DNA of 64,000 nt, taken from positions 79,918,001 through 79,982,000 of the forward strand of contig NC_088800.1 of the NCBI RefSeq assembly GCF_011386835.1, written 5' to 3'. The notes under the pieces are model-generated. The model was given only the letters and a program-made list of their open reading frames with translations, ran no database searches and was not told the DNA's origin. The DNA comes from Chrysemys picta bellii. Lineage: Eukaryota. Shown in pieces: positions 35,163 through 46,954 of the stretch. Positions within the stretch are counted from its first letter, which is position 1. The number at the start of each line of letters is the position of its first letter. The translations under genes were made by a program, and so were the position numbers.

Positions 35163-38100
35163 ATGCAGGAGCTCATCGCCAGCGTGGACCACATCAAGTT
35201 CGACCTGGAGATCGCGGTGGAGCAGCAGCTGGGGGCGCAGCCCCTGCCCTTCCCCGGCATGGACAGTGCGTGAGGGGCCGGGAAGTCCGCTCCCCATCGC
35301 CCCCCCCGGGGGGACACCCCCTCTCCTGCGGAGATCCCCCCATGGTCCCGGGGGGGACACCTCTCCTCCTGGGGAGACCTCCCCCCTCACAGCCCCCGGG
35401 GGGAGCCCTCCTCCCCTGCGGAGACCCCCCCCATGGTCCCGGGGGGGACACCCCTCTCCTGCGGAGACCTGCCCTCTTACAGCCCCCGGAGGGAGCCCCC
35501 CTCCCCTGCGGAGACACCCCCCCCATGGTCCCGGGGGACACCCCCCTCTCCTGCGGAGACCCCATCCAAGGTCCCAGGGGGGACACCCCTCCTCCTGGGG
35601 AGACCTCCCCCCTCACAGCCCCCGCGGGGAGTCCCCCTCCCCTGCGGAGACCCCCCATGGTCCCGGGGGGAACACCCCCCCCCTCCTGGGGAGACCTGCC
35701 CTCGCGGGTCCCGGGGGGGAACACCCCCCTCTCCTGGGAGACCCCCCCCATGGTCCCGAGGAGGGAACACCCCCCCCATGGGGAAAACCCCCTCCTTCCC
35801 CTTCTCACCCCACCCTTGTGTGAGAGACTCCTCCATATCTTTCTTCCTAGGGGAAAGCTCCCCTCAAGGCCATGAGGAGATGCTTCCTTCATCCCTTTAA
35901 CCTCCCCCGCCCCCCCCAACCCCAGCATTGGGCAGATGGCCCCACAGGTTCTCATTCATGGCCTAATGGAATGTGTTTTGTATTTTGGTGTCTGATCTGC
36001 ATGATTATTGCTTGAAAACAGACTTTATCTCATTAATTAAGGGACACTAGGGACCAGATTACTGTGAGGTAGGTCAGCATCAGTATGCCCACCCTATTGA
36101 TGGGGAAAACGATTGGACAGAGAGGTGAAGTGACTTGTCCCTGGTCACACCAGGTCTGTGGGTGAGCCTCAAAACCTTGTGTTCTGATGATTGACGCCAG
36201 TAGTGGGAGGATAGGCATCGGTTAACAATATGTGCTGGCTAGCCTAGTGTCCTTGTGTTTGACTCTGCTTGCACACCGCAGATGCTCTAAGTCGGGATCA
36301 TCAAGCATAACAAGGGGCAGTGTGCTGTTGACCACACTGTACTTGTTCGGTGGATAAATACTGCATGAGATTTCAGTCTCCAGGACTGGACAGGTTCTTT
36401 CACCAATGTGAAACTAACTTAAAAGTAACAAAAAATACTCTGAAGAGCCAAATGGCTGAGACCAGCACAAGAAAGTTCATATATTCCATTAACATGTAAT
36501 TTGCCAGGGGGATTTTTAATACTGCTCAACTGCTTTTGATGCCCAGAACTAGCTCATCTCTAGATGGAAGGAAACACTTTTAACATGGTTGCAGAGTTTC
36601 AGAAACCTTCACTGTGAATTTTTTTTCTCCACAGAATCGGGTGCTGCTGTCTGTGAATTTTTTTTAAGAGCTGCCTGTGGAAAAGGCAAGTGACATCCCT
36701 AATACTATATTCTAACAGAAACAAAAATAGGAGAAATAGGGGTGTTGGCAGTTCATTAATTATATTATCTTAATTTATAATACCCTAGTTATATTGCAGG
36801 GGTTGGGGAGAGAGACAGTGAGATGGAGATCAAGAGGGACTATGTTTCACGCACTAGAGCTCTCCAAAGCAAAGATGCATTGGTGGGATCCCTATAAGGT
36901 GGATGATGCGTGAACTAAGAAATTCAGGAGGGTGAGGCTTGAATTGATTACATACAAACCCTTTTGAGGGGTTTGGGCAATGGTAGTGGTAGGAACTGAG
37001 TACTAGGGTACGTCTTCACTACCCGCCGGATCGGTGGGTAGCAATCGATCTATCGGGGATCGATTTATCGTGTCTCATCTAGACGCGATAAATCGATCCC
37101 CAAACGTGCTCCCGGTCGACTCCGGAACTCCACCAGGGCGAGAGGCGGAAGCAGAGTCGACGGGGGAGCCACGGCCATCGATCCCACGCAGTGAGGATGG
37201 GAAGTAAGTCGATCTAAGATACGTCGACTTCAGCTACGCTATTCTCGTAGATAAAGTTGCGTATCTTAGATTGATTCTCTTCCCCCCCCCCCGTGTAGAC
37301 CAGCCCATAGACTGCCATGCAGAGGATCTGTCTGTTGAACTCCTAACCATCTATGTGGATAAACAGAAGACCTCCCTTTTCTAGGGCTGTCAGTTCAGGA
37401 CCTTTCACCAGCGCTAAATGGTAAATTCATATGCAAATGTAAAGACTTCTGAAACTCCTCTTCCAGGATTCAAACAAAGGACCACCATTGCCCTGTAGGC
37501 TTGCACAAAGCTTCTTGCACTAAAAGTTCCAAATGTTCATTCTTACTTCTCCCCTCTCCACCCATAGGAGGCATGTGTCCTTTCCGACACATCAGTGGAG
37601 AAAAGACAGTTGTGTGCAAACACTGGCTCCGAGGGCTGTGCAAGAAGGGAGACCAGTGTGAGTTCCTTCATGAGTATGACATGACCAAGATGCCTGAGTG
37701 TTATTTCTACTCCAAATTTGGTAAGGGGTGTTGTAGTTTCTCATTGACTTCACTTGCTAGTGTGGGAATATGACTGGCAAAGAGGACCCTGGTATATACC
37801 TGTCATCTCTGCTTCATCTGCTCTCTCTACCCTTCTATGTCTGCTACTGATGCTTGTTAGATTGTAATTTATGAGCTCTGATCAGATCTGTTTAGTTCCA
37901 CATTGTATTTTACCCCCTTAACTCTTCGCACATTTAAAGTTTTGTCTTTCATAGCTTGTCCCTAACTTGAACTCTTTGACCCATGACTTTAATGGGTTTT
38001 GTACCTGTTATGCTGATTTGGATCAGAGTTGATTTGGATGAATAGGTGGTCTCTACATGAATTAATTTTTCAGCAGATGATGGGTGACAGGAGGCTCAAG

Positions 38101-41100
38101 GATCCAAAAATTGAATGCCTCAGTCTTTCAGCTCTGGAGACCTGGGCTAAATTAAATTAACATATTGAGGTAACTTGTTAGAAAATTATAGTCCTGTAGG
38201 TTTCCTTGGATCAAGGTTAGCATGTAATTTATAGTTTCGCCACAATTTTGCTGCATTAAATGTTTAGTTTTGCTGTAATTGCTTCCCTTTCCAGTATACT
38301 TTATTTTTAAATGCGCATCTAAATAACCCAATCTAGCAAAATCTTACTCACCTGCAGTGAGTATTTGTTGATGTTGGTAAAGGGCAGGCAAATATATTTT
38401 GTGCCTGGATTTAGAAATATTCATGACAGTTTTGCTGGGACTAGATGACCTAGGTATTGTTTTGGGAGGGGATTTTACCTCACGCATGCTCTGTTTCCTA
38501 AAGTGTGTGTTTGGCTTTGGTACAGGAGAGTGCAGTAACAAAGAATGTCCGTTCTTGCACATTGACCCGGAGTCTAAGATCAAAGATTGCCCCTGGTATG
38601 ACAGAGGCTTCTGTAAACACGGTATGTATGGTGCATAGGTGCTGCTTTTGTGACTATAAAAATGAGGCTAATGTAATCCACCTCCCATATGTGCCACTGG
38701 TAGGTGCTGGGGTATGTGTGTAATATATGTGATCTATGAAGTTTTATGTTGTAGGTCCCCTCTGCAGACACAGACACACTCGAAGAGTCATTTGTGTGAA
38801 TTACCTGGTGGGATTCTGTCCGGAGGGGCCCGCTTGTAAATTCATGCAGTGAGTATGTTCTAGGGTCTTTTCTGTCATCTGTAGTTTCCTCTCTGATCAG
38901 TTACCCATCAGGTCTATCTTACCTATATTGCACCCATCAGTGTAGAACATTTGCAGCACTGATGCAATAACTGTACTGTACCACACATCTGAAGTTTTGT
39001 TCATATTTGAGTTTACCTCTTAAAAGTGAAAAGAATTTGTAGTCAGGATGATCAAAAGAGATTGGGCAAATCACACCAATGTTCCCCAAGAAGACATTGA
39101 AAATGTCAGTCAGTGCTTACATGGTCAATACAACTTGTACAAAGCAATTTAATTAATTACAGTTGATCTGATCCTCTTAACTCTAGACACATTATTCCAA
39201 CAGTTACGCTTTCAGCTACGCAACTGTTTTATTTCATAGTATATATTTTTTTAATCCTTGCATATGAGTAGTTCATTCAGTGGCCAAAATTGGTATGGAC
39301 ATTTCCTATATTGCATTGCATTTTCCAAATATCAGATTAAAGTGGCTGTTTCGATATTTACACACACAACTCTGGGACATCAAACAAAGGTTGTGAGGAC
39401 AACTGCAGATTCGATGAGTATATATCCCAGAATACAGAAATACTCTTTACTGTCTCAGTACCTCCCCAACCACTTTAGTTTATAAAGGCTAAGCAGCAGA
39501 ACACAGGAGAGAAGGTCCACTTGTTGTGAAGCACAGTTTAAATAACTAAAGGTTTGCTTTGCTCTCTGGACCGTTATTTGTCTCTTAAGGAATTAGTTCA
39601 GTGCTGTGCTGATAGTATATGCCAGTTTCTGGTTTGAGTTTCAATTCTCTATATGTGTCTTTTCTCTTTGTGTGTTTATAAACCAGTCCTCGATTTGAAC
39701 TGCCTATGGGAACCACAGAGCAACCACCACTGCCTCAGCCGACACAACCACAGCAAAAGGTACACGACTTCCCTGCCTCTCCCAGAGACAACACATTCGA
39801 AGCACAGCTCATTTAGATAAACCAAGTTGACTCTCTTTTTAAAGAGGGCATGTGGTTAGAACAGGAACGAGCCATCAGGACTCTTATCCTACTCATCGTG
39901 TCTTGGGAAAACATCTGTAAAATGGGGATAATCCTTTCCTAGTTCAGAGCCCTATTGAAACTTGACCAAAAGTTTTTAAAGAACTTTGAGATCATTGGAG
40001 GAAATCCACCATAAAAATGCAAAGTATTATCCTTTTCCTCTCCTCTCTTACTCCTGGCATTGATCACAGTTGCTGCCTCCTTCATTCTGGGGTTGTTTTT
40101 TTTTTTCTTCTAACTGAACCCCTGATTTCCCTCTTCCACAGTCACCATTCTGCTGCTGCCACCTTCCTTCAGCTGAGAGGGCAAATGCATGGCCAGTAGT
40201 GACAGTTCTGTTCCGTGGACTGTCTGGAAGGTGGGCACTGTGTAAGCATTAAGCAGTGCACCTGAGCTCTGCTACACTGACAAGCACAAGTCCTAAGATC
40301 ACTCGTATATTGCAGTGTAAGCCCTTGGTCACAGAGCACTACCATGTTACATAGTATATCATATACATCTGTGTTTTCTTTATTCCAAGCAACCATCTGT
40401 CAGATTTAAAAAAATAAATCTGCTTGACACCTGTCATGGAGCTCTAATGGACATATCTGGCAAGCTAGCCCAGCTCTGTAGATCTGTTTTGTGAGGGAAG
40501 TCTTGGTTGCTAGGTCAAGCCCTGTATGCCCTATTGTTTCTGAACTTTCATCTCTGGTGCTTGGGCTGGCAGATAAATTTTCCTATGAATTTATTTAGAA
40601 GGTTATCATTCAATGTGTGGGATGTTCTCTTCCCTCCCAGCAAAATAACAATCCGCCATTACAAAGGTCATCATCCTTGATCCAGTTAACGAGTCAGAAC
40701 TCTTCTCCCAACCAGCAGAGGACCCCACAAGTCATCGGAGTTATGCAGTCTCAAAGCAACAATGTGGGGAACAGAGGTCCCCGGCCGCTGGAGCAGGTCA
40801 CCTGTTACAAGGTAACTCTCAGAGGGTGTTGGCATTTGAAAAATGCAAGGTAAAAGTCACCTAAACTGACTAATGCATCCTTTGTGCTGCTAGTCACCTG
40901 TCACATTGCTTTTCAACTTGGTGCAGATTGCAGTAAAGGGAACAGGTGGCTGAGTTGCTGGGGCAGCAGGGCCTGTGAAGAAGCATTGACATTGTAAAGA
41001 AAAGTATTGAAATGTATGCACTGGTTATTAGACATGTATTTTGGATAGTGGGTGCAGCTTGGGATCAGGAAGTTAGTATTGCGCTATGGAGCCTGTGGGT

Positions 41101-43037
41101 TACCAGTTACCTAGTCTGTGGGTTGGCAATGACTGTCAGATGGCTCCTCAGTGGCCTGTATGAAATGGTTCAATGCACTTGATCCACTTGCTAATCACAG
41201 AAAACCCCACTAGTGGCAGTTAAAAGGACATTGTCAACCCGAAATTGAGCCAATTTCAAAAACCGTCTTAGAAGTAGTTTCAGCTGCTACCCCTGCCCCT
41301 GAATGTTCCTCCTTGCATTTTCCTATTTTTAAAAAGGCTTCTCCCCTGTTACTGTGTGAAAAACTCACCCAAACAGGGGAAAGTGACTATACACAGTCAA
41401 ATCCAGAAAGGCTGAAGATGGTTCTGCCACAGCACGCGTAGTTCCTGCCAAACCGAGGAACAAGACATCATACCCAAATTTCTCAGTTTGTGGTGCAGGC
41501 AGCTCCTCAATTAAACTGAAACCTCAATTTCCATTAACATTTTGCAGAAACATCCCCACATGCTACTGTAGATAGCAAAGGATCTTCTTAGCCACTCTCT
41601 TCAGTAAGTCGGACCAAGATGAGCACTAGCATTAATAATGAACCTAAACGTTTCTTTATTCAAAACTAAGTCTCTTAATAATCTAAACATACAACTAAGA
41701 CTGTTTTTTGGACTCATTCCACCATTATCTTCTATAACTAGACATTTATTCTGGCTACATGATTATAAACATCCAAATCCGTTTAACTGAGAACCTCTAA
41801 GGCTCCAATTTAATGCAAGATTTGGGTTTCAGTGAAGGCAAAGGGCCTAAACCTACCCACTAAAGTTATCCTTGTGAGTCTTGCCCTTAACTTCCTTTGT
41901 AGCAGAAACTCTAATTGGGGCTAGTTGTATGTCATGGGGGGGCGGGGGGGAGAAATGGGCAGGGGAGAAGTCATATGCTTCCAATGCTCTTCTATGACTA
42001 ATCTATGCAACGCTGTTGCCTTTGTCAAAGGTAAAGCAGGAAAGCAGCACAAAAGAGGATATAGGGGCAGCAGCAGTTCTCTTCCCCCTCCCTTCCTCCC
42101 CGTTCTCTCTCTCACCACAGAGCTTCCCCACCAGGCACTGAGATCGTATGTTTAACGGGTTCTAACATTTTAGTCAGTTTTTTATTGGAAAATAAAAGAT
42201 ATTTTGATTTCAATTAGTTACCCCATGACTCTTGTCATGCATTTGTTTGGTTTTATTATCAATGCGTTACTTTCCATTTTTCTGCAGCTGAAGCTTTGAA
42301 AAGTCACTACCCTACCCAAGGCTAAGCAGTTTCTCTGCATAGTCATCAATAAAAGAGTGCTATCAGGCTGGGATTTAAGGAAGTAATTCAAATAAATTGC
42401 ACATCTGGAGAAAGTAGGAGGGTCAGACTACGATATGTCATGGCTTCACAGCTTAGAAGGCTGTTTCAGAGCATAGGAAGCATCTTTTGTTCAGATTGAG
42501 TTTTACCCTTTTAGTCCAGGGTGGCTGACAAGGAGACTCTCATCTGAACGTTTATGTTCATCATACACATTGGTCAGAGCAGAGTCCTTGAGACTTCAGG
42601 TGCTGAAATATAGCAGGTAAAAAGCCCCTTTCTCTACAGCGGAGTAATGCAGTTAAATCTCCTCAGGGCTTTGAGTATCTCTATTGCAGCCCTTTCCCAT
42701 TGGTAGTGCCAAGAACCCCAGTGTTCAGATGGAACCTGGGTCTTCAGGTTATAGTGGCAGGCAAGTTCTGGTCCTAACAGTCAAGTGGCCCCAAAAGGGT
42801 CTGTGGCAAGGATCTCATTTATGGTATAGCACAGAATGCATTAACTTGCTGAATATTGTCTCTCGTGTACAAATGGCATTGCTTCCAAACTAGAACTACT
42901 TGCCAGTTGGTTTGTTAAAGGCAGTGTTGGGAAAAGCCACAATAACTCCTCCCTTTTTTCCTTCCTAGTGTGGTGAAAAAGGACATTACGCCAACAGATG
43001 CACCAAAGGACATCTGGCCTTTCTAAGCGGACAGTGA
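35163..43037 (+). CDS. CPSF4: Cleavage and polyadenylation specificity factor subunit 4 (CPSF30), 269 aa, 8 exons
   Basis: join(35163-35265,36635-36685,37568-37720,38526-38621,38755-38848,39687-39759,40641-40811,42969-43037) = 810 nt. Starts MQELIASVDHIKFDLEIAVEQQLG; five CCCH fingers and a C-terminal CCHC knuckle (CYKCGEKGHYANRC). Intron 2 is GC-AG. Confidence 0.98.
35295..35790. repeat. GC-rich minisatellite (alternating about 41-45-bp units) in CPSF4 intron 1
   Basis: Alternating GGAGACCCCCCCATGGTCCCGGGGGGGACACCCCTCTCCTG and GGAGACCTCCCCCTCACAGCCCCCGGGGGGAGCCCTCCTCCCCTGC units. Confidence 0.9.
37006..37306. mobile_element. PIF/Harbinger MITE (family of 15276-15551) in CPSF4 intron 2
   Basis: Termini GGGTACGTCTTCACTAC / GTGTAGACCAGCCC; internal similarity to the 15276 copy; TSD CTA/ATA imperfect. 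Confidence 0.85.
41060..41200 (+). mobile_element. LF-SINE-like fragment in CPSF4 intron 7
   Basis: GACTGTCAGATGGCTCCTCAGTGGCCTGTATGAAATG resembles the LF-SINE body from memory. Confidence 0.4.
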
Positions 43038-43584
43038 GACAGCATAGAGGGAGGAGAGTGCAAGGAGGTTCTTTACACTGGGGAAAAGTTTCCGCCTAGC
43101 ACTATTTCTTGAACTATTGATCAGGTGTTTTGGTTTTTTTTTAAACGCCATTAGTGAAAGAACTGTGGCCAGAGGCTGGCTGCTGATAAACATTTTTGTA
43201 ACTGTCCAATTTTTTATGTTTTAACCTTTTAAAATAGATCTTGGCCTCTGCCTTCTTTCACTGAGCCTAGCTGGGAGGTAGATCTAAAGGCAAATAGATG
43301 TGCAAATCCCCACCAACGCAACATTCAGCGTAATACACATCTTGCTCCAGTGTGTTTCTGTAAAGGATAGCCTTTGGGAACCTCCAACCTTTCAGCAATC
43401 CTTGTTCAAGGAGGAAGACAGACTGGAAGAACTAGTACTTGAAATGCCTCCCACTTCAGTGAGGGAGCTTGTCATGCAGCTCTTGAAAGGAGGCCCCATG
43501 TTCCCTTATTCAATCGGAGGTTTCTTAACCTGATGGCTCACATAACATGTGGTGTACCAAGATGTAAAGTATTTGTCCAACTGC

Positions 43585-43590
43585 AATAAA
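43585..43590 (+). terminator. Candidate AATAAA polyadenylation signal of CPSF4 (a second one at 43886-43891)
   Basis: AATAAA followed by GU-rich sequence about 550 nt after the stop. Confidence 0.55.
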
Positions 43591-45274
43591 AGTTTGTATG
43601 CTTTGGCCGGAAGCATTTTCCCCTTTGCTGTTCTGCGGGGTGAGAAGTTGGTCCTTGTATGTGAAAACCACTTGTAGGGGAATGAACGTACATTTATGGT
43701 TTTAGCTGAAATCACAAAAGCATTGGCTGTAGAAGAGGCGCAGGTCTGTTCTCACCATGGCAACCCTGAACTCAGACCTGAAGTAGCTTTGAAGGTGTAA
43801 CACTATATGGATACCAACAGATGAAGTTAGTTGGCATTCCCACAAGCAGTCAATTGCACAAGTATCTTCACAGGCTCTCGAAACAAATAAATGGAACTAT
43901 ATATTCTTGAGATTGCTTTTAAATTGGACTCTGAGTGTTAGAGTATCCTCATAGGAGCATGTTTTTCCAAGCCAAAACACCTTAATTTTGTAAGACTTTG
44001 GTCCTTTGAAATAATGACAAAGAGAATTTAAAAAAAAAAAACCCATCTGTTGCATCTGGAATATGTGAGCCTTTTCTAGTCTCGAGCATCTATCTACATT
44101 TGCTTATCTGCCGTTGTTTTTTCCTTCCTATTTTAAAGTTTTCTGTGAAACTTAGGTTGTGATTTTTCAGGAAAAGGGTAATGTATGCCTAGGAAGCGAT
44201 AGGACCCTGGGTTGGTTTAAATGATTACACAGGACTGTTGATTTTAAAAAAATTGTAGAAGAAGCTGTACTTACTGATACTCCTTTTAGTAAGTACACAG
44301 TGGGATATTTAGGCTTAAAAGTTAAAATTAAATCCACAGGTGTAAGTTGGCTGACTAGCATTGCTCATTCTGCATTTTTCAGAACACGCATCAAGACTTC
44401 TGTCCCTGAAGTCTATAAACAAGTGCCAAACCTGTGTTTGTGCTTCCAGCACAGGGCTGTTAAAGACTGTGCATCTCTAAGCAACTACCCCCATCTACAC
44501 TTAGTGAACTAAAGCTTATCTGCTTGAGAGTATGGTCAGCTGGTGGAAGTTTTTTCAAGCCAGACAGTAATTTCATCTTTATAATACTGCTGAACACAGA
44601 AGTGCTCCCTGCCATCCTCCAGCAAGACCTTTATTCTAACCAGGTTCTTAATAGGCAGGGGCCTCTGTACCCCATTAACAGCTGTTATCAAACACTCTTA
44701 TCACTGTTAGCTTTAGACAAACAGCCTCTTGTAATTCATCCATAAAGAACTGGCCCCTGCATCCTTCTGAACAGTAGCATCATTACTTACTGATGTGTTT
44801 TGTTAATGTAGGTGGTCCCGAGTATATCGAAGCTGTGCTTCTTTAAGTGACAACCATGTACTCTCCCCCTTGCTTATTTAGACTTTCACCATCATGGTTG
44901 GAAGTGTCAGCTGACAAACATGGCTTTGCTGCTGTAGAAGTTTCATTTCATCCCTCTCCACTTTATTTAAAAAAATAAAACCCAATAGCTTTAGCATAGT
45001 TGCTTGTCCCTGGCATTTAGAATAATCTGTCACATTCCATTTTAAATATAGGCTACTCATTTGCTTTCATTCTGCCTTTACCATCACTTGGGCAAGGGTT
45101 GTTCTACACACAAATCTATGGACACCTTTTAGGACCAGTGGCAGGAGCTGCTTGGCAACATACTATTGAAGACAACCACTATCCGAGATCTTACTTAGTA
45201 AAACAGTACAGATTAAAAGTGGTGGAAGTGGCCGCTAGCAGAGAAATTTTGTTTTGTATGAGGCAACTATTATT

Positions 45275-45502
45275 ATAGATTCATAGATTCTAGGACTAGA
45301 AGGGACCTCAAGAGGTCAGCGAGTCCAATCCCCTGCCCGCATGGCAGGACCAAATACGGTCTAGACCATCCCTGATAGACATTTATCTAACCTACTCTTA
45401 AATATCTCCAGAGATGGAGATTCCACAACCTCCCTAGGCAATTTATTCCAGTGTTTAACCACCCTGACAGTTAGGAACTTTTTCCTAAATGTCCAACCTA
45501 AA
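45275..45502 (-). mobile_element. CR1 3' end (young subfamily)
   Basis: (ATAGATTC)n tail plus 3' UTR; near reverse complement of 55729-55920. Confidence 0.88.
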
Positions 45503-45787
45503 ATATACAACTTGGAATGGATTTGAGGCACATTGTGCCATAAGCAGATTCTTTTGAAAATAAGTGGCTAAACAAAGTTTAAAAAGCACAGTAATAGGAG
45601 AAAATGTTTTTCTGGTACAGGACTAGTAGTACAAAAAAAATAGTGTACAAGTACCTCGATAACACACCCGTTTTGCAATAATGCAACTTTTAAGTTTCAT
45701 ATTCAGAGGGGTAGCCGTGTTAGTCTGAATCTGTAAAAAGCAACAGAGGGTCCTGTGGCACCTTTGAGACTAACAGAAGTACTGGGA

Positions 45788-45828
45788 GCATAAGCTTTCG
45801 TGGGTAAGAACCTCACTTCTTCAGATGC
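45788..45828 (-). ncRNA. Minimal type I hammerhead ribozyme motif (identical inverted copy)
   Basis: Exact reverse complement of 46914-46954. Confidence 0.7.
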
Positions 45829-46029
45829 AAGTAATGGAAATCTCCAGAGGCAGGTATATATCAGTGTGGAGATAACGAGGTTAGTTCAATCAGGGAGGGT
45901 GAGGTGCTCTGCTAGCAGTTTAGGTGTGAACACCAAGGGAGGAGAAACTGTTTCTGTAGTTGGATAGCCATTCACAGTCTTTGTTTAATCCTGATCTGAT
46001 GGTGTCAAATTTGCAAATGAACTGGAGCT

Positions 46030-46712
46030 GGCCCATCCGACCTGAGGCTGTGGTTGGTGGACAGAAAGCCAGAGAACCCGCGACACGCCGGGCAGCTGGC
46101 TGATGAGTTTGTAAAGAGCCGGTCAGGGGGTGGCAGGGAGGAGCCCCAAAGGAACAGGCCCGCCGTGATGCAGAGAGAGAGTCACCCTGGGACCTCCCAA
46201 AGAGGGAATATGGGGAATCCCCTCCCACGGGGAATGCCCAGCGTCAGGGACAACCGACCGGCTCGAGGGGACCCACAGGACATGAGCTGCTATTACTGCG
46301 GCCGAAGAGGCCACGTTCGGGCCCAGTGCCCCAAGCTCAAGGACAGACTGAGCAGACCGAACCCGCATAGGGTTAACTTGGTAGAGGCCCAGACGGACGA
46401 GGGGCAGGCTTCTCACGCAAGAGGGGCTGGCAGCTTATCAACTGCTCAAGAGAGAGAAGGGCCCCAGGCCAGCTCCTCTAGGGGGCTGGATGCCCCAGAC
46501 TCAGGGTTTTTGGTTTATACGGTGGGCGCGGGGCTGTCCCTCCGGAGAGAGTACCTTGTTCCCCTGGAGGTGGATGGGAGGAAGGTCAATGGATACTGGG
46601 ATACGGGCGCAGAGGTGACGCTGGCCCAGCCCGAGGTGGTGGCCCCAGATCAGGTGGTGCCCAACTCCTACCTGACCCTGACGGGGGTGGGCGGAACACC
46701 AGTCAAAGTCTG
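46030..46712 (+). mobile_element. Gypsy/Ty3 LTR-retrotransposon internal fragment: gag C-terminus, CCHC zinc knuckle, aspartic protease N-half
   Basis: Stop-free frame with GPSDLRLWLVDRKPENPRHAGQLADEF, CYYCGRRGHVRAQC and VDGRKVNGYWDTGAEVTL (DTG active site); no LTR ends. Confidence 0.92.
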
Positions 46713-46913
46713 AGCTCCAGTTCATTTGCAAATTTGACACCATCAGATCAGGATTAAACAAAGACTGTGAATGGCTATCCAACTACAGAAACAGTTTCTC
46801 CTCCCTTGGTGTTCACACCTAAACTGCTAGCAGAGCACCTCACCCTCCCTGATTGAACTAACCTCGTTATCTCCACACTGATATATACCTGCCTCTGGAG
46901 ATTTCCATTACTT

Positions 46914-46954
46914 GCATCTGAAGAAGTGAGGTTCTTACCCACGAAAGCTTATGC
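46914..46954 (+). ncRNA. Minimal type I hammerhead ribozyme motif (Penelope pLTR)
   Basis: Stem I GCAT/ATGC, core CTGAAGA plus an extra A, stem II GTG(A)GGT-TCTT-ACCCAC, GAAA, palindromic stem III AGCT; predicted cleavage CUU|A between 46950 and 46951. Confidence 0.7.

Noticed and set aside
35031-35955. Cluster of long Pro/Gly-rich ORFs (up to 273 aa) on both strands
   Set aside because: They run through the GC minisatellite and CpG island, where stop codons are depleted. The real coding sequence is CPSF4 exon 1.
46030-46712. Reading the Gypsy piece as an ordinary integrase-mediated insertion with a 4-bp TSD
   Set aside because: It has no LTRs or TG...CA ends and is an internal gag-pro fragment, so integrase insertion is not supported.
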